Shown piece after piece: positions 11,848-22,965 of a stretch of 64,000 nt of DNA. The stretch is taken from NCBI GenBank assembly GCA_051546255.1, contig CP128822.1, forward strand, positions 372,001-436,000, read 5' to 3'. Under the pieces are notes generated by a model. It was not told the origin of the DNA. It worked only from the letters and a program-made list of their open reading frames with translations, and did no database searches. The position numbers and the translations under genes were made by a program. This DNA comes from Meyerozyma guilliermondii. Lineage: Eukaryota. Numbering within the stretch: the stretch's first letter is position 1; each line of letters opens with the position of its first letter.

Positions 11848-13584
11848 CTACTGCGACCTCTTTTCTGCGAGACAAAGATTCATGTAGTCAACATTGTATG
11901 GCACCCATTTCCTGATGGCGACTGGGACCCAAAGTATTCTACCAATGCCTGAGCTTTTGCCTGCGGGATCTATAATCTTCTCGCAGCCTATTATGTCCCA
12001 GCCTGCAACTACTTCTGGATGAGCACTGTTCAAAAAGATAAACGGTTCACCCAGTTCTTCATCTATCGGCCCAGTATTGTCGACGTAATAGTCACATTGC
12101 TCAAGGGAAATCACTTTTCCTGCTGAGAACATATTTTTGTTGTTCATATCGTCCGGAAAAGTTGATGTAGACTCCAAGATCGATGATGACTCTTTAAAGT
12201 CACCTGGCAACAACCCATCGAAGCCGCTCCTTAAAAACCTTAGCCTATAGTTGTCGGGAAGGAAGAAAGATGCTGGAAAGTGATACCATTCGCGCCCAAC
12301 GCATACATTAGTTATAGTTGTTTTCGGAGGAAGTTCGGCCACTTGGCGGAATATAGTTATCGGTGCGCTATAGTTCTCAACTAAGTTCATTATCCTCAAA
12401 ATAGAAATCAGTCCAACCACCGTAGCAAATGCTACGATGAAGAATTGTTTGTATAGTATCGTCAACTTATCGCTTGAAGTCAATGATCTGATTATGGAGG
12501 TCGAAGTTGTGAGGAACCACGAAAGAAACACTGATGCACTCAAGACAATGAGTGGATAAATAGGGTAAAGGAAACGCTCCTCTTTGTGCTCTTGACTGGC
12601 AAATACTGATAGCCATATCGCAAGGGGGAATGTACATGTCACAATTACCTTAGTGCGCTGCTTAGATCGAAGGCCAAAACTCAAGAAGCACCCAGCAGAG
12701 GCGAGCAACAAGGTAGCATTAAAGTTTAGGAGGAGGTTGTGAACGTAGTAAATGAATGGTTCCACTCCAAAGATCTCGGGGCCCTCACCTTCTCCGCCAA
12801 ACACATTGTATGTGATAATGTTCAACGGAACAAGTAGCAATTTTTTGTAAAAGGCTGAGTCAATAGCGACTATAAGAGCAGTCATAGCACCAACAATAGC
12901 CAAAGCTCTAATGGCAAATGACAAAAGGTTCTCCGGATTCTGGATACTGCTTGCAAAAATGAAAAGTCCAAATGGAATAGCGAGAGCTAGAGCAAACGGC
13001 CAGCCATATATCCCACCATACAGAAAGAATGCAACTGCGTATAATGCTGACAGCAATTGAGGAGTGGTGACATATAGCAAAACATAGGATGTTGCTAAAG
13101 ACACACATCCCAATGCTAGTGACGATGGAAGTAAGGCAACAGCACCATGTGACATACCTGGAGCAATGGATGAAAGGAATATAAACCAATTGGCACACTG
13201 GGGTCCTAATGACGATGAAACACTGGCAAACAATTTCCGTTCTGCAAATACATTAAAGCCGTTCAAGGCGATCAATCTGATCCAGTAAAAATGAACGTAC
13301 GGAGGGAACTTGACAAATTGTCCGAGCAAGGTAATAGGTAGCGAGACAATGTAGTAGGGGATCAAGTACGCGTAAGACCTAATAGCGTACACTGGCGAGT
13401 ATTCCCAGGTCTCTTTTCCAAACCCACGAACAAGTAGGTTTAATGGCTCCCAATAGTTAAACGTCTCATCACAATCTGAAATGATCATAAAGAGTGTCAG
13501 GTATAGACGCAATATCAAATTGAAAGCTAGAAGAGTATAAACAAGAACGGAAGGTCCTTTTTTTATACTTTTGGTGCCATCCAT
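11848..13584 (-). CDS. ALG9: Dol-P-Man alpha-1,2-mannosyltransferase (GT22)
   Basis: ISDCDETFNYWEP, TWEYSPVYAIRS, HKEERFLYPIYP and CVGREWYHFP motifs; polytopic membrane protein. Confidence 0.93.
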   Translation of the reverse strand: MDGTKSIKKGPSVLVYTLLAFNLILRLYLTLFMIISDCDETFNYWEPLNLLVRGFGKETWEYSPVYAIRSYAYLIPYYIVSLPITLLGQFVKFPPYVHFYWIRLIALNGFNVFAERKLFASVSSSLGPQCANWFIFLSSIAPGMSHGAVALLPSSLALGCVSLATSYVLLYVTTPQLLSALYAVAFFLYGGIYGWPFALALAIPFGLFIFASSIQNPENLLSFAIRALAIVGAMTALIVAIDSAFYKKLLLVPLNIITYNVFGGEGEGPEIFGVEPFIYYVHNLLLNFNATLLLASAGCFLSFGLRSKQRTKVIVTCTFPLAIWLSVFASQEHKEERFLYPIYPLIVLSASVFLSWFLTTSTSIIRSLTSSDKLTILYKQFFIVAFATVVGLISILRIMNLVENYSAPITIFRQVAELPPKTTITNVCVGREWYHFPASFFLPDNYRLRFLRSGFDGLLPGDFKESSSILESTSTFPDDMNNKNMFSAGKVISLEQCDYYVDNTGPIDEELGEPFIFLNSAHPEVVAGWDIIGCEKIIDPAGKSSGIGRILWVPVAIRKWVPYNVDYMNLCLAEKRSQ

Positions 13585-13695
13585 TATGACATTAGAGTAA
13601 ATACAATATGAGCGACAGCGCGAAAAAAGATACGAGTGAGATCAGACTGCAAATAATTATCAATTAGGCGGGTATCATTATTACACTCGAGTGAC

Positions 13696-15501
13696 CTAAC
13701 ACCAAAATCTATAAGTTCTGTACCAGAATGGTTTTGTCCTTAATAATTCGCGTTCATCCGCAATTTCCTGCTTCAAGACTTCAACATCAATTTCTCTCCT
13801 TCCAGTGTCAAGGTCAATGTCTCTCAACTTGATATACAAATGGTTCCAAGTTCCGGTGTAGGTCTTGTAACCCACCCACATTACGATCATTAAAGGTAAG
13901 GAGAGACAGTTTTGCCAGAATTGGACAACATCAGCATGTTCGCCAATTGGCCAAATAGAAATCCAAATTTCACCAATCACAATAAGAATAAGAATAACTG
14001 CACCGGCAATTGATCCATAAATTCCCATGGGTGACACAAACACCACTTCGTCCAAGGATCTGCCTTGTGCCAGTAAGGCAAGACGAAATCTAATATGGGT
14101 GAAGCAAATGGCAGCCCACGTAAAGAAGGAAGACAAGGAACAAACGGAAAAGAACCAGGTAAATACATCTCCTTCGTTGTTGTTCACGACCAAGAATCCC
14201 AACAATCCAAATGCGTTTGTGAAGAGGATGGCAATCAAGGGACGGCCGCTTCTATCAATATAGCCAAAGGCGCTAGGAAGTAAACCTTGTACAGCCAAAG
14301 AAGCCAATGTTCTTGAACACCCATAGACGGAAGAGTTACCAACCGAAACCACAGCAATCAAAATCACTGCGTTCATGATACTTGGCAAGACCTTGATACC
14401 ACCATTTTGAATAGCAATAACGAATGGTGAGGCAGTCACGTCGTCATTGGACAACAATTTTTCATCCTTGTAGCTGACCAAACTTCCAGTAACAATGGCA
14501 GTCAAGATGTAGAAGATGAAAATTCTCCAGAAAACCTGCTTAGTCGCCTTTGGCAAAGACTTTCTTGGGTTGACTGTTTCCGCTGCTGCCAATGCAACTA
14601 ATTCACATCCACCAAACGAAAATGCCGCTGAAATAAAAACGGAACAAACACCTTTGAATCCATGATTGAAACTTCCAGGATTGTGCCAGTAACGTCCTCC
14701 AATATATCCTTGATCTCCAGCACCACAAATGATTGCAATTCCACAGATGATAAAGCCAACGACTGCAATAACCTTGATCATAGACATAACAAATTCAGCT
14801 TCACCGTATCCCCGCACTCCGAAAAAGTTGATGGAGACGATAGCCACCCAAAATATAGCGACCCATACAGCTGGACTGATTGAAGTGTTCCAGTACCCGA
14901 TTGTAAGAGCACACGCAATCAATTCGGAAGGAAACGAAACCAACCAAGAACAAGCATACAAAATACCAAGCACAAATCCCCAACTTGGATCGACGAATCT
15001 CGCAAAGAAAGCATTAAAGGAACCGGAAACTGGAAATTGAACCGACAACTCACCCAAAGCGTAGACGACACAGTACATGGAGAAACCAACCAACAAGTAT
15101 CCAATCAAGACAGAGGCAGGTCCACCCATCGCCAACGCATAACCAGAACCCACGAACAACCCTGTACCAATAGATCCTCCTATAGCGATCATTTGCAAGT
15201 GTCTCGATTTAAGCCGTCTGGCCAAAGGATGTTTCGCTGTAGCGACGATGCTCTGCTCCATTGGGGACAAATTTGAGGTATCGATACCTTCATCTTCGAG
15301 ATTGATCGGCTTAAACGAGTCTATGAATCTTTGAAAGGGACCTCTTGTGTCTACTTCATACGAATACGCAGAAGAACCCGATGAGTATTCGCTGGAATTT
15401 CTTCTGGATCCTTCGTTTGAAGTGCTATAGCCGTGCGAAGCCTCGACGGTCTCGGACTTCGGTGCTATAGAGTCGGCAGGTGCCGCTATGTCTTTCTCCA
15501 T
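13696..15501 (-). CDS. Yeast amino acid transporter (YAT/APC family, Gap1-like)
   Basis: LKSRHLQMIAIGGSIGTGLFVG signature and about 12 TM helices. First ATG is at 15501. Confidence 0.9.
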   Translation of the reverse strand: MEKDIAAPADSIAPKSETVEASHGYSTSNEGSRRNSSEYSSGSSAYSYEVDTRGPFQRFIDSFKPINLEDEGIDTSNLSPMEQSIVATAKHPLARRLKSRHLQMIAIGGSIGTGLFVGSGYALAMGGPASVLIGYLLVGFSMYCVVYALGELSVQFPVSGSFNAFFARFVDPSWGFVLGILYACSWLVSFPSELIACALTIGYWNTSISPAVWVAIFWVAIVSINFFGVRGYGEAEFVMSMIKVIAVVGFIICGIAIICGAGDQGYIGGRYWHNPGSFNHGFKGVCSVFISAAFSFGGCELVALAAAETVNPRKSLPKATKQVFWRIFIFYILTAIVTGSLVSYKDEKLLSNDDVTASPFVIAIQNGGIKVLPSIMNAVILIAVVSVGNSSVYGCSRTLASLAVQGLLPSAFGYIDRSGRPLIAILFTNAFGLLGFLVVNNNEGDVFTWFFSVCSLSSFFTWAAICFTHIRFRLALLAQGRSLDEVVFVSPMGIYGSIAGAVILILIVIGEIWISIWPIGEHADVVQFWQNCLSLPLMIVMWVGYKTYTGTWNHLYIKLRDIDLDTGRREIDVEVLKQEIADERELLRTKPFWYRTYRFWC

Positions 15502-16423
15502 GTTTGACAAATTAGCGTATAAGGGTCAAACTTTAACGTTCCCGAGAACGGATTAATTTCAGCCCGCCTTGAGCACCTGCCGTACAGTTGTCCGTGTGGC
15601 TATATGCATTACGTACAGAGATGAGCAGCAGGTACGTGCAGCAAATTTTCCGCATTTGGATGCATGGCAGTGGTGCCTGCAGGAATTAACGCTTGAAGTT
15701 ACTAAAGCCATCCGTAGCGCCAATACGGCAAAAAATCTTTCCACAACGGCGTTGACGACAATTTTATATTTTTAAAATTTTTCCAATTTTTTTCTTGCTA
15801 TTGGCGCTAGCATTTCAAAGAGGAAACTACTGGCGACTTTTAAGCTACGAACTATACCGGTCTTTAGGCATGGTTTTATATTTTGTTTGAGTTTCGACTG
15901 CGCATATATGGTGGTGAGTCCTGCACCACTATCATGCACATTGTTGCGTTTTTTCCCACTGTGGCGGTTACGTTTTTAGTATTCGCACGTAATGACATTT
16001 ATTACATTAACAGTTATATTCTGATTACTGTGATGGTGGAGGGACACCGGCATGATGTCCGACCTTGACTTTTTCGTAGATTTTGTCAGAGCGCACAAAT
16101 ATCTTCTTTAACAGACAGGAGTCGTAATATCTTGTAGTCATATATAATACTCCTGCACCGTAGCATGCCCCTCCCATAAGGAGAGTCTTCGCAGGCATAG
16201 ACAAAGCTGACATTGTTCTGAATGGATAATGAATAGATGTATACTAGAGGTTACTGGAGCACTTGGTATCTTTTATATACAGTTGCTGATGCAAATCAGG
16301 CTACTTACCTGCTCATTACTGGTTGAATGACCATATTCTTGTCACCCCACCAGGTCTATGTCACCCCACCGTAATTTGAGCCGCATGTCAAATTTCACCA
16401 AAAACGATCAGGTTGATGCAAAA

Positions 16424-17986
16424 TCAATATCTCCTCACCCCGTCACCTGCAGGTAACACAGGCAAGAACTGACCCATTATTAGCATCGGAAGGTCAAACA
16501 AGTCTCTTTTAACTGTCCATACCGCACAGAACTCTATATAATCAGCCTCCGTGAGTTGCTGTTCAGTGCCCGTCGTAGATGCTCTGGTAGACCTATCGCG
16601 ATCAGGATTTTTCATTAATTTGCACCTTGTAATGATACTCAGGTGAAGATTACCTACTGCCACCGACTTGAAGAGCTTGAAGTAATTTATGATGGACTCG
16701 TCATCATACATCAATTCCATAATAAACGTCCTCTTGGAGAGTATACTGTTCAACGAGTACCCGAGCAAGCTGAGAATCTCGTCCGAGATTGATACAATTT
16801 CTCCTGTACGTCTCCATATGATTGTGGGCAGCGAATTGAGATGCAGAAGTTTCTCATAGTCTATCAAGGAGCGCTGGAATGTCATCTCCAAAAACATCAA
16901 GTCGTACGGCTTGAGTAGAGACTTGTGAGCCGATATGAAGGTGGGTCTATAACTTGCGATTAATTTGAGAATAATCAATAGATTATTTCGCTTCTGTTGC
17001 TTTTGCTCTGGTGGAAGCGACGTGCCCAGAAATCGCTTTTTGAGGAAGAATGTGAGCGCATGATATGATGTTGGATATTCATAGTTGATGATCTTGTTAG
17101 CATAAATGTCTTGCACCAGCTGGTAGATATGGCGTGTGACTAGCGGAGAAACATAGTCATTTGTGGTTGTGACCTGTGCTCTCTTCGAAGGATCCATGAT
17201 CTCATTGGCTATATTGATCTCACCTGGTAGCTTTCGATTATCCAAGTCGGGAGGATTTGAGAAACCAAGCGAAATGAAAGGTCGAGATTCCTTTAATTTT
17301 TTAGATTTGGTGTCTCGATACACCTCGTTGTAATCCACAGTCCCCATCATTTCATTGGGCGGTATAGTTTGGTACTCAGAGGTGGAAGAGGGAGTTGGAG
17401 ATGCTGGTTTCGAATTGAGAATTATGTCTCCCAACATTAAGTACTCCTGGTTGAGATAATTTGAGTTGAAGACTCCATCAATTGAAGAGTTGGAAGGAGT
17501 CATCTCCAGTGCCTGCGCCGAAGGTACCTTAGAGGCCTGCTCATCGTACAATATTTTGTTGAGGACATCATCGGTGGTGTTTAGAATAGCATTTGTTCTT
17601 TCTTTCAGTTCCAAATCCATTGGCCACGGCAGAGGAACCGTTGTTTCCAGCTGCAGAAAAAAGTCCGTATTCACCCGACCTGATGAAGGGTCCAATGGTT
17701 GCAGTGATTGCGAATTTATATGGCCCTTGTGAAGAGGCAGAAAGGGCGACGAGGAGGATTCTAGCAGCACGGTATTGGGTGATCCTTGCTTGTTCTTAGC
17801 TGCTAATGTCATGTAATTGGCACGTTTTCTTTCCACATCACGACATTGATCAGCAATGTTACGCTTGACACAATTCTTGCATGGACGGTTATTTGAACAC
17901 TGTAGATGCTTGGAGTGACAGAACGAACAGGCACGCGATGCTGGTCTGCGGGCCTGTTTCTCTAACGGGCTGAGCTTTTTTGTCAT
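16424..17986 (-). CDS. GSM1: Zn(II)2Cys6 transcription factor with C-terminal PAS-like domain (Gsm1/Ert1/Rds2 family)
   Basis: MTKKLSPLEKQARRPASRACSFCHSKHLQC...PCKNCVKR zinc cluster, plus YRPTFI and PTIIWRRTGEI motifs. ATG at 17986. Confidence 0.85.
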   Translation of the reverse strand: MTKKLSPLEKQARRPASRACSFCHSKHLQCSNNRPCKNCVKRNIADQCRDVERKRANYMTLAAKNKQGSPNTVLLESSSSPFLPLHKGHINSQSLQPLDPSSGRVNTDFFLQLETTVPLPWPMDLELKERTNAILNTTDDVLNKILYDEQASKVPSAQALEMTPSNSSIDGVFNSNYLNQEYLMLGDIILNSKPASPTPSSTSEYQTIPPNEMMGTVDYNEVYRDTKSKKLKESRPFISLGFSNPPDLDNRKLPGEINIANEIMDPSKRAQVTTTNDYVSPLVTRHIYQLVQDIYANKIINYEYPTSYHALTFFLKKRFLGTSLPPEQKQQKRNNLLIILKLIASYRPTFISAHKSLLKPYDLMFLEMTFQRSLIDYEKLLHLNSLPTIIWRRTGEIVSISDEILSLLGYSLNSILSKRTFIMELMYDDESIINYFKLFKSVAVGNLHLSIITRCKLMKNPDRDRSTRASTTGTEQQLTEADYIEFCAVWTVKRDLFDLPMLIMGQFLPVLPAGDGVRRY

Positions 17987-18177
17987 GGTGAAATTTGTCA
18001 GATTTTCAACCCGATAAATAGAAATCTGGGGTACGTCACCCGGCGGTTGGCCCCGGAGAAAAACGAACGTTTTTCCTTGCCGGCGCACGACCACGTAAGT
18101 TACAACCTTTGGTTGCGAAAGAATAGATTAAAATGTCATGGCTTAGGTCGCAAAGTTAATTCCGGAGATGCTGTAAA

Positions 18178-19974
18178 TTACTTTTTTAGGCGTAATACTA
18201 TATAAATCGCAAAACGCAACACAAAAATGAGGGCTATCAGAAGCCCAATCCAAAGTCCATGTTGCTCTTTACCGTACCCTAATGCTTGAAGAACTGCATT
18301 ACCATCGATCTTACATACCTTTTCCAAAGGAGAAGAGTACATGCAATGACAACCCATACCACAAGTGTACACTGTGTCTTTAAATTGATTGAACATCATT
18401 CCTTGAAAGACATAGCGTTGATAATCAACCCAGTAAAAGGTGTAGTACCAGAACTTGTTCAATACATTGGCGGAAACCAAAAATCCTCCTACTGCCATCC
18501 AAAGTCCATTGGCAAATGCAGTAAGGGCCAAGGACACCACAAAGATGGGAAAGATAGTGGCAATCAAGATGGTTAGTGACTCAGCTGCTACCAAATCAAG
18601 GAAGAGGTAGAGCACATACATGAAGAAACCCGAGCCCGAGTGTCTAAAGTTGCACATAAAATATGTGACAATTGCAAACATGAGGGAAATGAAGAACAAA
18701 AATGGTAACCCAATTATGAAGTTGGACAAAACAAAGGGTAATGGTCCGTATAATCCATTGGCACGTTCCTTCGTGTACGCAAAGTAGTCCTCAAGGTATG
18801 CAGGGATGTATGCCACAGACATAAACGACATGAATGCTCCAGAGAAGAAAATGGCATTTATGAACGGCTGAATGCTCTTTTGTGAGTAGCTGAGTCGTAA
18901 CCAAACTGTACCCATCATTACCGCCAAGCCAAGATACATGACAATCCGAACATAGTAGGCAAGGTAGTCTCGGCGAGCCTTGATGAAAGACCGGAGTAGA
19001 AGATTCGTAACTTTGTTGGCCTGTGAGATACATGGGAGCTGTTTGGCAACATCTAAGTCACCACTCTTTTCAAATTCATCGCTGTCTTGGAATATATCCT
19101 CGCTTTTGCGGGCGGCAAAAAAATCCACCAAATGGTCCACAATTTCTCGCTTATTGGAGCCGTCGCTGGAGAAATCTGTATTTGTCAAATCAAGAATGTA
19201 CTCTGCTGGGTTGTGGTGTGGGGGAATGGGATATCCAGCATCTTTAAAATAATCAACTACTCCAGCACGAGTACCAGTATAAACCACGCGGCCCTCCAGT
19301 AAGTACATGACATTATCAAAAAGTTCATAAGTCAGTGTTGAAGGCTGGTGGATGGAAGCAATCACGGTAACATTTTCAGACACAGCTAGCTGCTTGAGAG
19401 TCTGAACCACCTCATATGATGCCTTCGAATCCAAACCTGAAGTGGGCTCATCCAAAAACAAGAGGCGTGGTTTCGTAACTACCTGACTTGCAACGGATAA
19501 GCGACGCTTCTGACCGCCTGAAAGACCTTTTTGAAGTGGTGTGCCCACCTTGGTATTCGCTTGCTTTGTAAGACCCAACAACTCTATAATGTCATTCACA
19601 AGCTCGGCTCGAGTCAGAAGACTTGTTTTTTGATCCAGCATTTTGGCCGCAAAATCAACAGTTTCTTTGACCGTTAACAGACCAATCAAATGATCTTCCT
19701 GCTCCACAAAGCGAGAAACTTGCCTTAAAAGCGCCGGAGTGGCAGATTGGCCGTTATACCTGACATCCCCAGTGACCTCGAAGGAGGAAAGTCCACCGGT
19801 TCGTCTCGCAAGGACCAGAAGTAGGGTAGTTTTTCCGGACCCAGAAGGTCCCATGAGAGCAGTGAGAGTTCCACCACCATGTGTACCTCCCGCTGTAATA
19901 CCACTGACATTATCCAATAGCCGCTTTTCGCCGGCCTCCACAGTGATGTCTTTCCACGAAAAAGTAGCTGCCAT
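18178..19974 (-). CDS. ABCG (White-family) half-size ABC transporter
   Basis: Walker A GPSGSGKT, signature LSGGQKRR and Walker B LLFLDEPTSGLD, with NBD-TMD order. Confidence 0.92.
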   Translation of the reverse strand: MAATFSWKDITVEAGEKRLLDNVSGITAGGTHGGGTLTALMGPSGSGKTTLLLVLARRTGGLSSFEVTGDVRYNGQSATPALLRQVSRFVEQEDHLIGLLTVKETVDFAAKMLDQKTSLLTRAELVNDIIELLGLTKQANTKVGTPLQKGLSGGQKRRLSVASQVVTKPRLLFLDEPTSGLDSKASYEVVQTLKQLAVSENVTVIASIHQPSTLTYELFDNVMYLLEGRVVYTGTRAGVVDYFKDAGYPIPPHHNPAEYILDLTNTDFSSDGSNKREIVDHLVDFFAARKSEDIFQDSDEFEKSGDLDVAKQLPCISQANKVTNLLLRSFIKARRDYLAYYVRIVMYLGLAVMMGTVWLRLSYSQKSIQPFINAIFFSGAFMSFMSVAYIPAYLEDYFAYTKERANGLYGPLPFVLSNFIIGLPFLFFISLMFAIVTYFMCNFRHSGSGFFMYVLYLFLDLVAAESLTILIATIFPIFVVSLALTAFANGLWMAVGGFLVSANVLNKFWYYTFYWVDYQRYVFQGMMFNQFKDTVYTCGMGCHCMYSSPLEKVCKIDGNAVLQALGYGKEQHGLWIGLLIALIFVLRFAIYIVLRLKK

Positions 19975-20812
19975 TGACACTCCAGAAATGTCTCTGCATT
20001 ATATATGGCTGCAACAGCCGGCTCGAATAGGAAGCACGGTTGGGGCATCGCGGCCAATATGCACTCCCGACGGAGCGAGACCACTCCGTTGTTCCGTTGT
20101 CCGCTTCCGTCTCCGTGTGTAACACATCCCAACACCTGGCCAGTGTCGTAAACAAACAATCATATAGAGAGGGTTATTATTTTATGCGATTACGTCAGCG
20201 GATAGTCGATGTACATCAGCCATCGTGACCAAGCCTTCGTCGAGCGGCGATATCATGGTGGCTGACGTTTTAGCGACAGAGGCTTGAACAGATAAAAGAT
20301 TATCTACGGGAGTTCAATTGTGTTGCAACAGCTTGTAGTTACACTTTACTGATCTTTACGCTCGCGTTTTCTTTGTAGAATGCGCACACACCAAACAACA
20401 AAGTGATCGTGTGACTTCCCCCTCTTTGATCACGACGCAGAGGCGAGGAAGGCTTAGACGGAGCGAATGGTTGCAATTTTTCATTTAGATAAATCTCAAC
20501 CATCTGAATGTAGTGAATAGACCCTTAGCGTCTGTAAGCGTTTCAGCCGTCCTCGTTTCGGCCGCGAGTTTTTTTTTTTACCCGACGATTTCCGTTCGGG
20601 GAACTCTCTCTCATCTTGTATTTTCTCCGCACCCAACCCCCTGTTTTTTTTTCTTACTTTCGTATTTACATCACGCAGTTGTCCACTACCAGGAATCACG
20701 GCATCACGGCGAGGGTTTCTCATAAATTTCCCAACCGATTGGTTATCTCCTCTCATAATCTTAACATAGCCCCTGCACCATGCCGCTGTTTTTTGCGGTT
20801 CAAGCCAAGGGT

Positions 20813-22168
20813 ATGAACATCTTGCGTGTTCTAGTAAGGCCATTCTTGTTCATATTTCAGTTCCTTTACCGCGTCTTTTGGTCTGGATTGAACGAAAAGT
20901 CATTGATACAACTTGTGGTGAGCTTCTGGATAAATTTTGCCCCGGTGTTCGTTTGGTTGATGATTTTCAAAAATGCTGGGTTGATACCAAAAAAAATTCG
21001 CCCTCCAATTCACGTCAAATTGGCTATGAATATGGACATTTTCATGTTCGACTTCATGAAGAAGCCCATTGGGTCCCTCATAACTCTTACTGGATTGGCC
21101 GCTGTGTCCTGGCTCCTTTATAAGAAGTTTTACCGCCCCAGTGCATACGCGGAATTATCGTCAATCCTGGATGACAACTCGTTTGAAATGAGTTCTGGCG
21201 GTTCTTCCGACTTGGAAGACCAGGTGAGCACTTTCGACTTGGCCAAATACCATTCTTCTACCCCATCGGCTCCTGGCGATTTCCAGGACGATGTTCATCA
21301 TGGTGACCTTGTTTTCTTCCACAAATTATCCCACAGAAGGATTGCTGCCCGAACCGCAGAGATCAATCGCAAAATCGTTGAACACCTCCAGACCACCGGT
21401 CTGTATAGACCATACAATTGTTGGCACTTATCGCCAATTTTACTTACCGCTGCAAGTTGGGTTTTACTCAACATTGCACACTACTTCCGCGTTGAAGTCT
21501 ACACCGCCAAAGACTTATTTGCATGGGCATCCTACGTGCTTGGTCACTTCTTTGTTCCCTTATTTACCGCCATTTGGCTCTACGTATTCCATGCTCCTGG
21601 TGCTCTTAAGTTATTTTCCTTTGGATTGGGCATGCAAAACATAGCTGGCGTGCTCACTCATTTATTGCTTCCAACCGCTCCTCCATGGTTCATCCATCTT
21701 AATGGAGAAAACCTGACTGCAAATTATGATATGCCAGGTTATGCTGCAGGATTGACAAGAATAGATGTTGAAATGGGTACCCATTTACATTCTAAGGGAT
21801 TTCATGCATCTCCAATTGTTTTTGGAGCAGTGCCATCATTGCATTCGGCCATGGCCGTCATGGCGTTTTATTTCGTAAGTTATTATTCTCGGTGGACTAT
21901 TCTCAAGATTATGGCGTTGTCATTCGTGTGCATTCAATGGTGGGCCACCATCTACTTGGATCACCATTGGCGCCTTGATTTGATAGTGGGTATGTTTTAC
22001 TCGCTTGTCGCTATCACAATCTTGCGAACCTGGAGCAAAGGATTCAACAAGGTCGACAAGGACTTTCTTGATGCCCGGTTGCGATTCGACTTTATACGCG
22101 GAAGTACCATGGGTATGAGAGTATTCCGCAACACTCGGTTGCAATCTTTCTTTGACCCGTTATCATAA
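20813..22168 (+). CDS. IPT1: Inositolphosphotransferase (M(IP)2C synthase), Aur1/Ipt1 PAP2-like family
   Basis: PTAPPWF, GYAAGLTRID, FGAVPSLHSA and QWWATIYLDHHWRLDL motifs, closer to Ipt1 than to Aur1. An upstream in-frame ATG at 20780 is also possible. Confidence 0.82.
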   Translation: MNILRVLVRPFLFIFQFLYRVFWSGLNEKSLIQLVVSFWINFAPVFVWLMIFKNAGLIPKKIRPPIHVKLAMNMDIFMFDFMKKPIGSLITLTGLAAVSWLLYKKFYRPSAYAELSSILDDNSFEMSSGGSSDLEDQVSTFDLAKYHSSTPSAPGDFQDDVHHGDLVFFHKLSHRRIAARTAEINRKIVEHLQTTGLYRPYNCWHLSPILLTAASWVLLNIAHYFRVEVYTAKDLFAWASYVLGHFFVPLFTAIWLYVFHAPGALKLFSFGLGMQNIAGVLTHLLLPTAPPWFIHLNGENLTANYDMPGYAAGLTRIDVEMGTHLHSKGFHASPIVFGAVPSLHSAMAVMAFYFVSYYSRWTILKIMALSFVCIQWWATIYLDHHWRLDLIVGMFYSLVAITILRTWSKGFNKVDKDFLDARLRFDFIRGSTMGMRVFRNTRLQSFFDPLS

Positions 22169-22965
22169 ATTTGGTTATATGATAAGCCTAGAAAATAGAT
22201 AGTATGAATAGAAGCATTTGGTATTTACTCGTGTGACGAGGCTGAAGGTTCCATGGGACTTTAGCCACTCCCAAAAATAAATAACCTACGTGGCTTAAAC
22301 AAAATAATGTCAAACGATCTAACCCGTCAATATGCATGGTCCACTTGGGTGGCTATGCAACTTTCCCCTTTTCACCGCCGTCTCTACTCCATACTCATCT
22401 GCTCCCCCACCCCTGCACCTAATGCTGTGCCTTGATAACAAAGAAGAAAAGAAATTCGCGCCGTTCCACCAACCCCAGTTGCCTAACCGTTTCACGAAAA
22501 CAAGCGAGGCTGGTTATCTGGACTAAATTCCTAGGTTGTTCACTCTATCTAATCTGCTTAGTTTGTCTAATAAATATACAGGGCAATGTAAACATTAGTG
22601 TCCTTTTCATTCTAGTCTAAGGGCGTCGTCGAAGTAGTGGCTGAGTTAAGCGATGTTACAATGCGCGAAGTGGGCTGTACCTCGAAGTGCACGGAAAAAA
22701 AAAGTCAAAAAAAGCAAAAAAATAACCAGGTGTGCCTGTATACAGTTTTCACGGAGCCCAGTTGCTATTACTGGCCATTCAAGATAATATTTTACTTGTG
22801 TGACCTGTCATTGACCAAGAGTGCTGTTTAGACGTCTCTAGTGTCCAAAACTCGTGTGTGTGTTTGATATTTATATGCTTCCAACCTTATAGACCGCTTT
22901 CCATTTACCTCAACTGTTTCATCTTGTCGTGTGAGTATAACCCGTGAAGCGGTGACGGGCCAACC

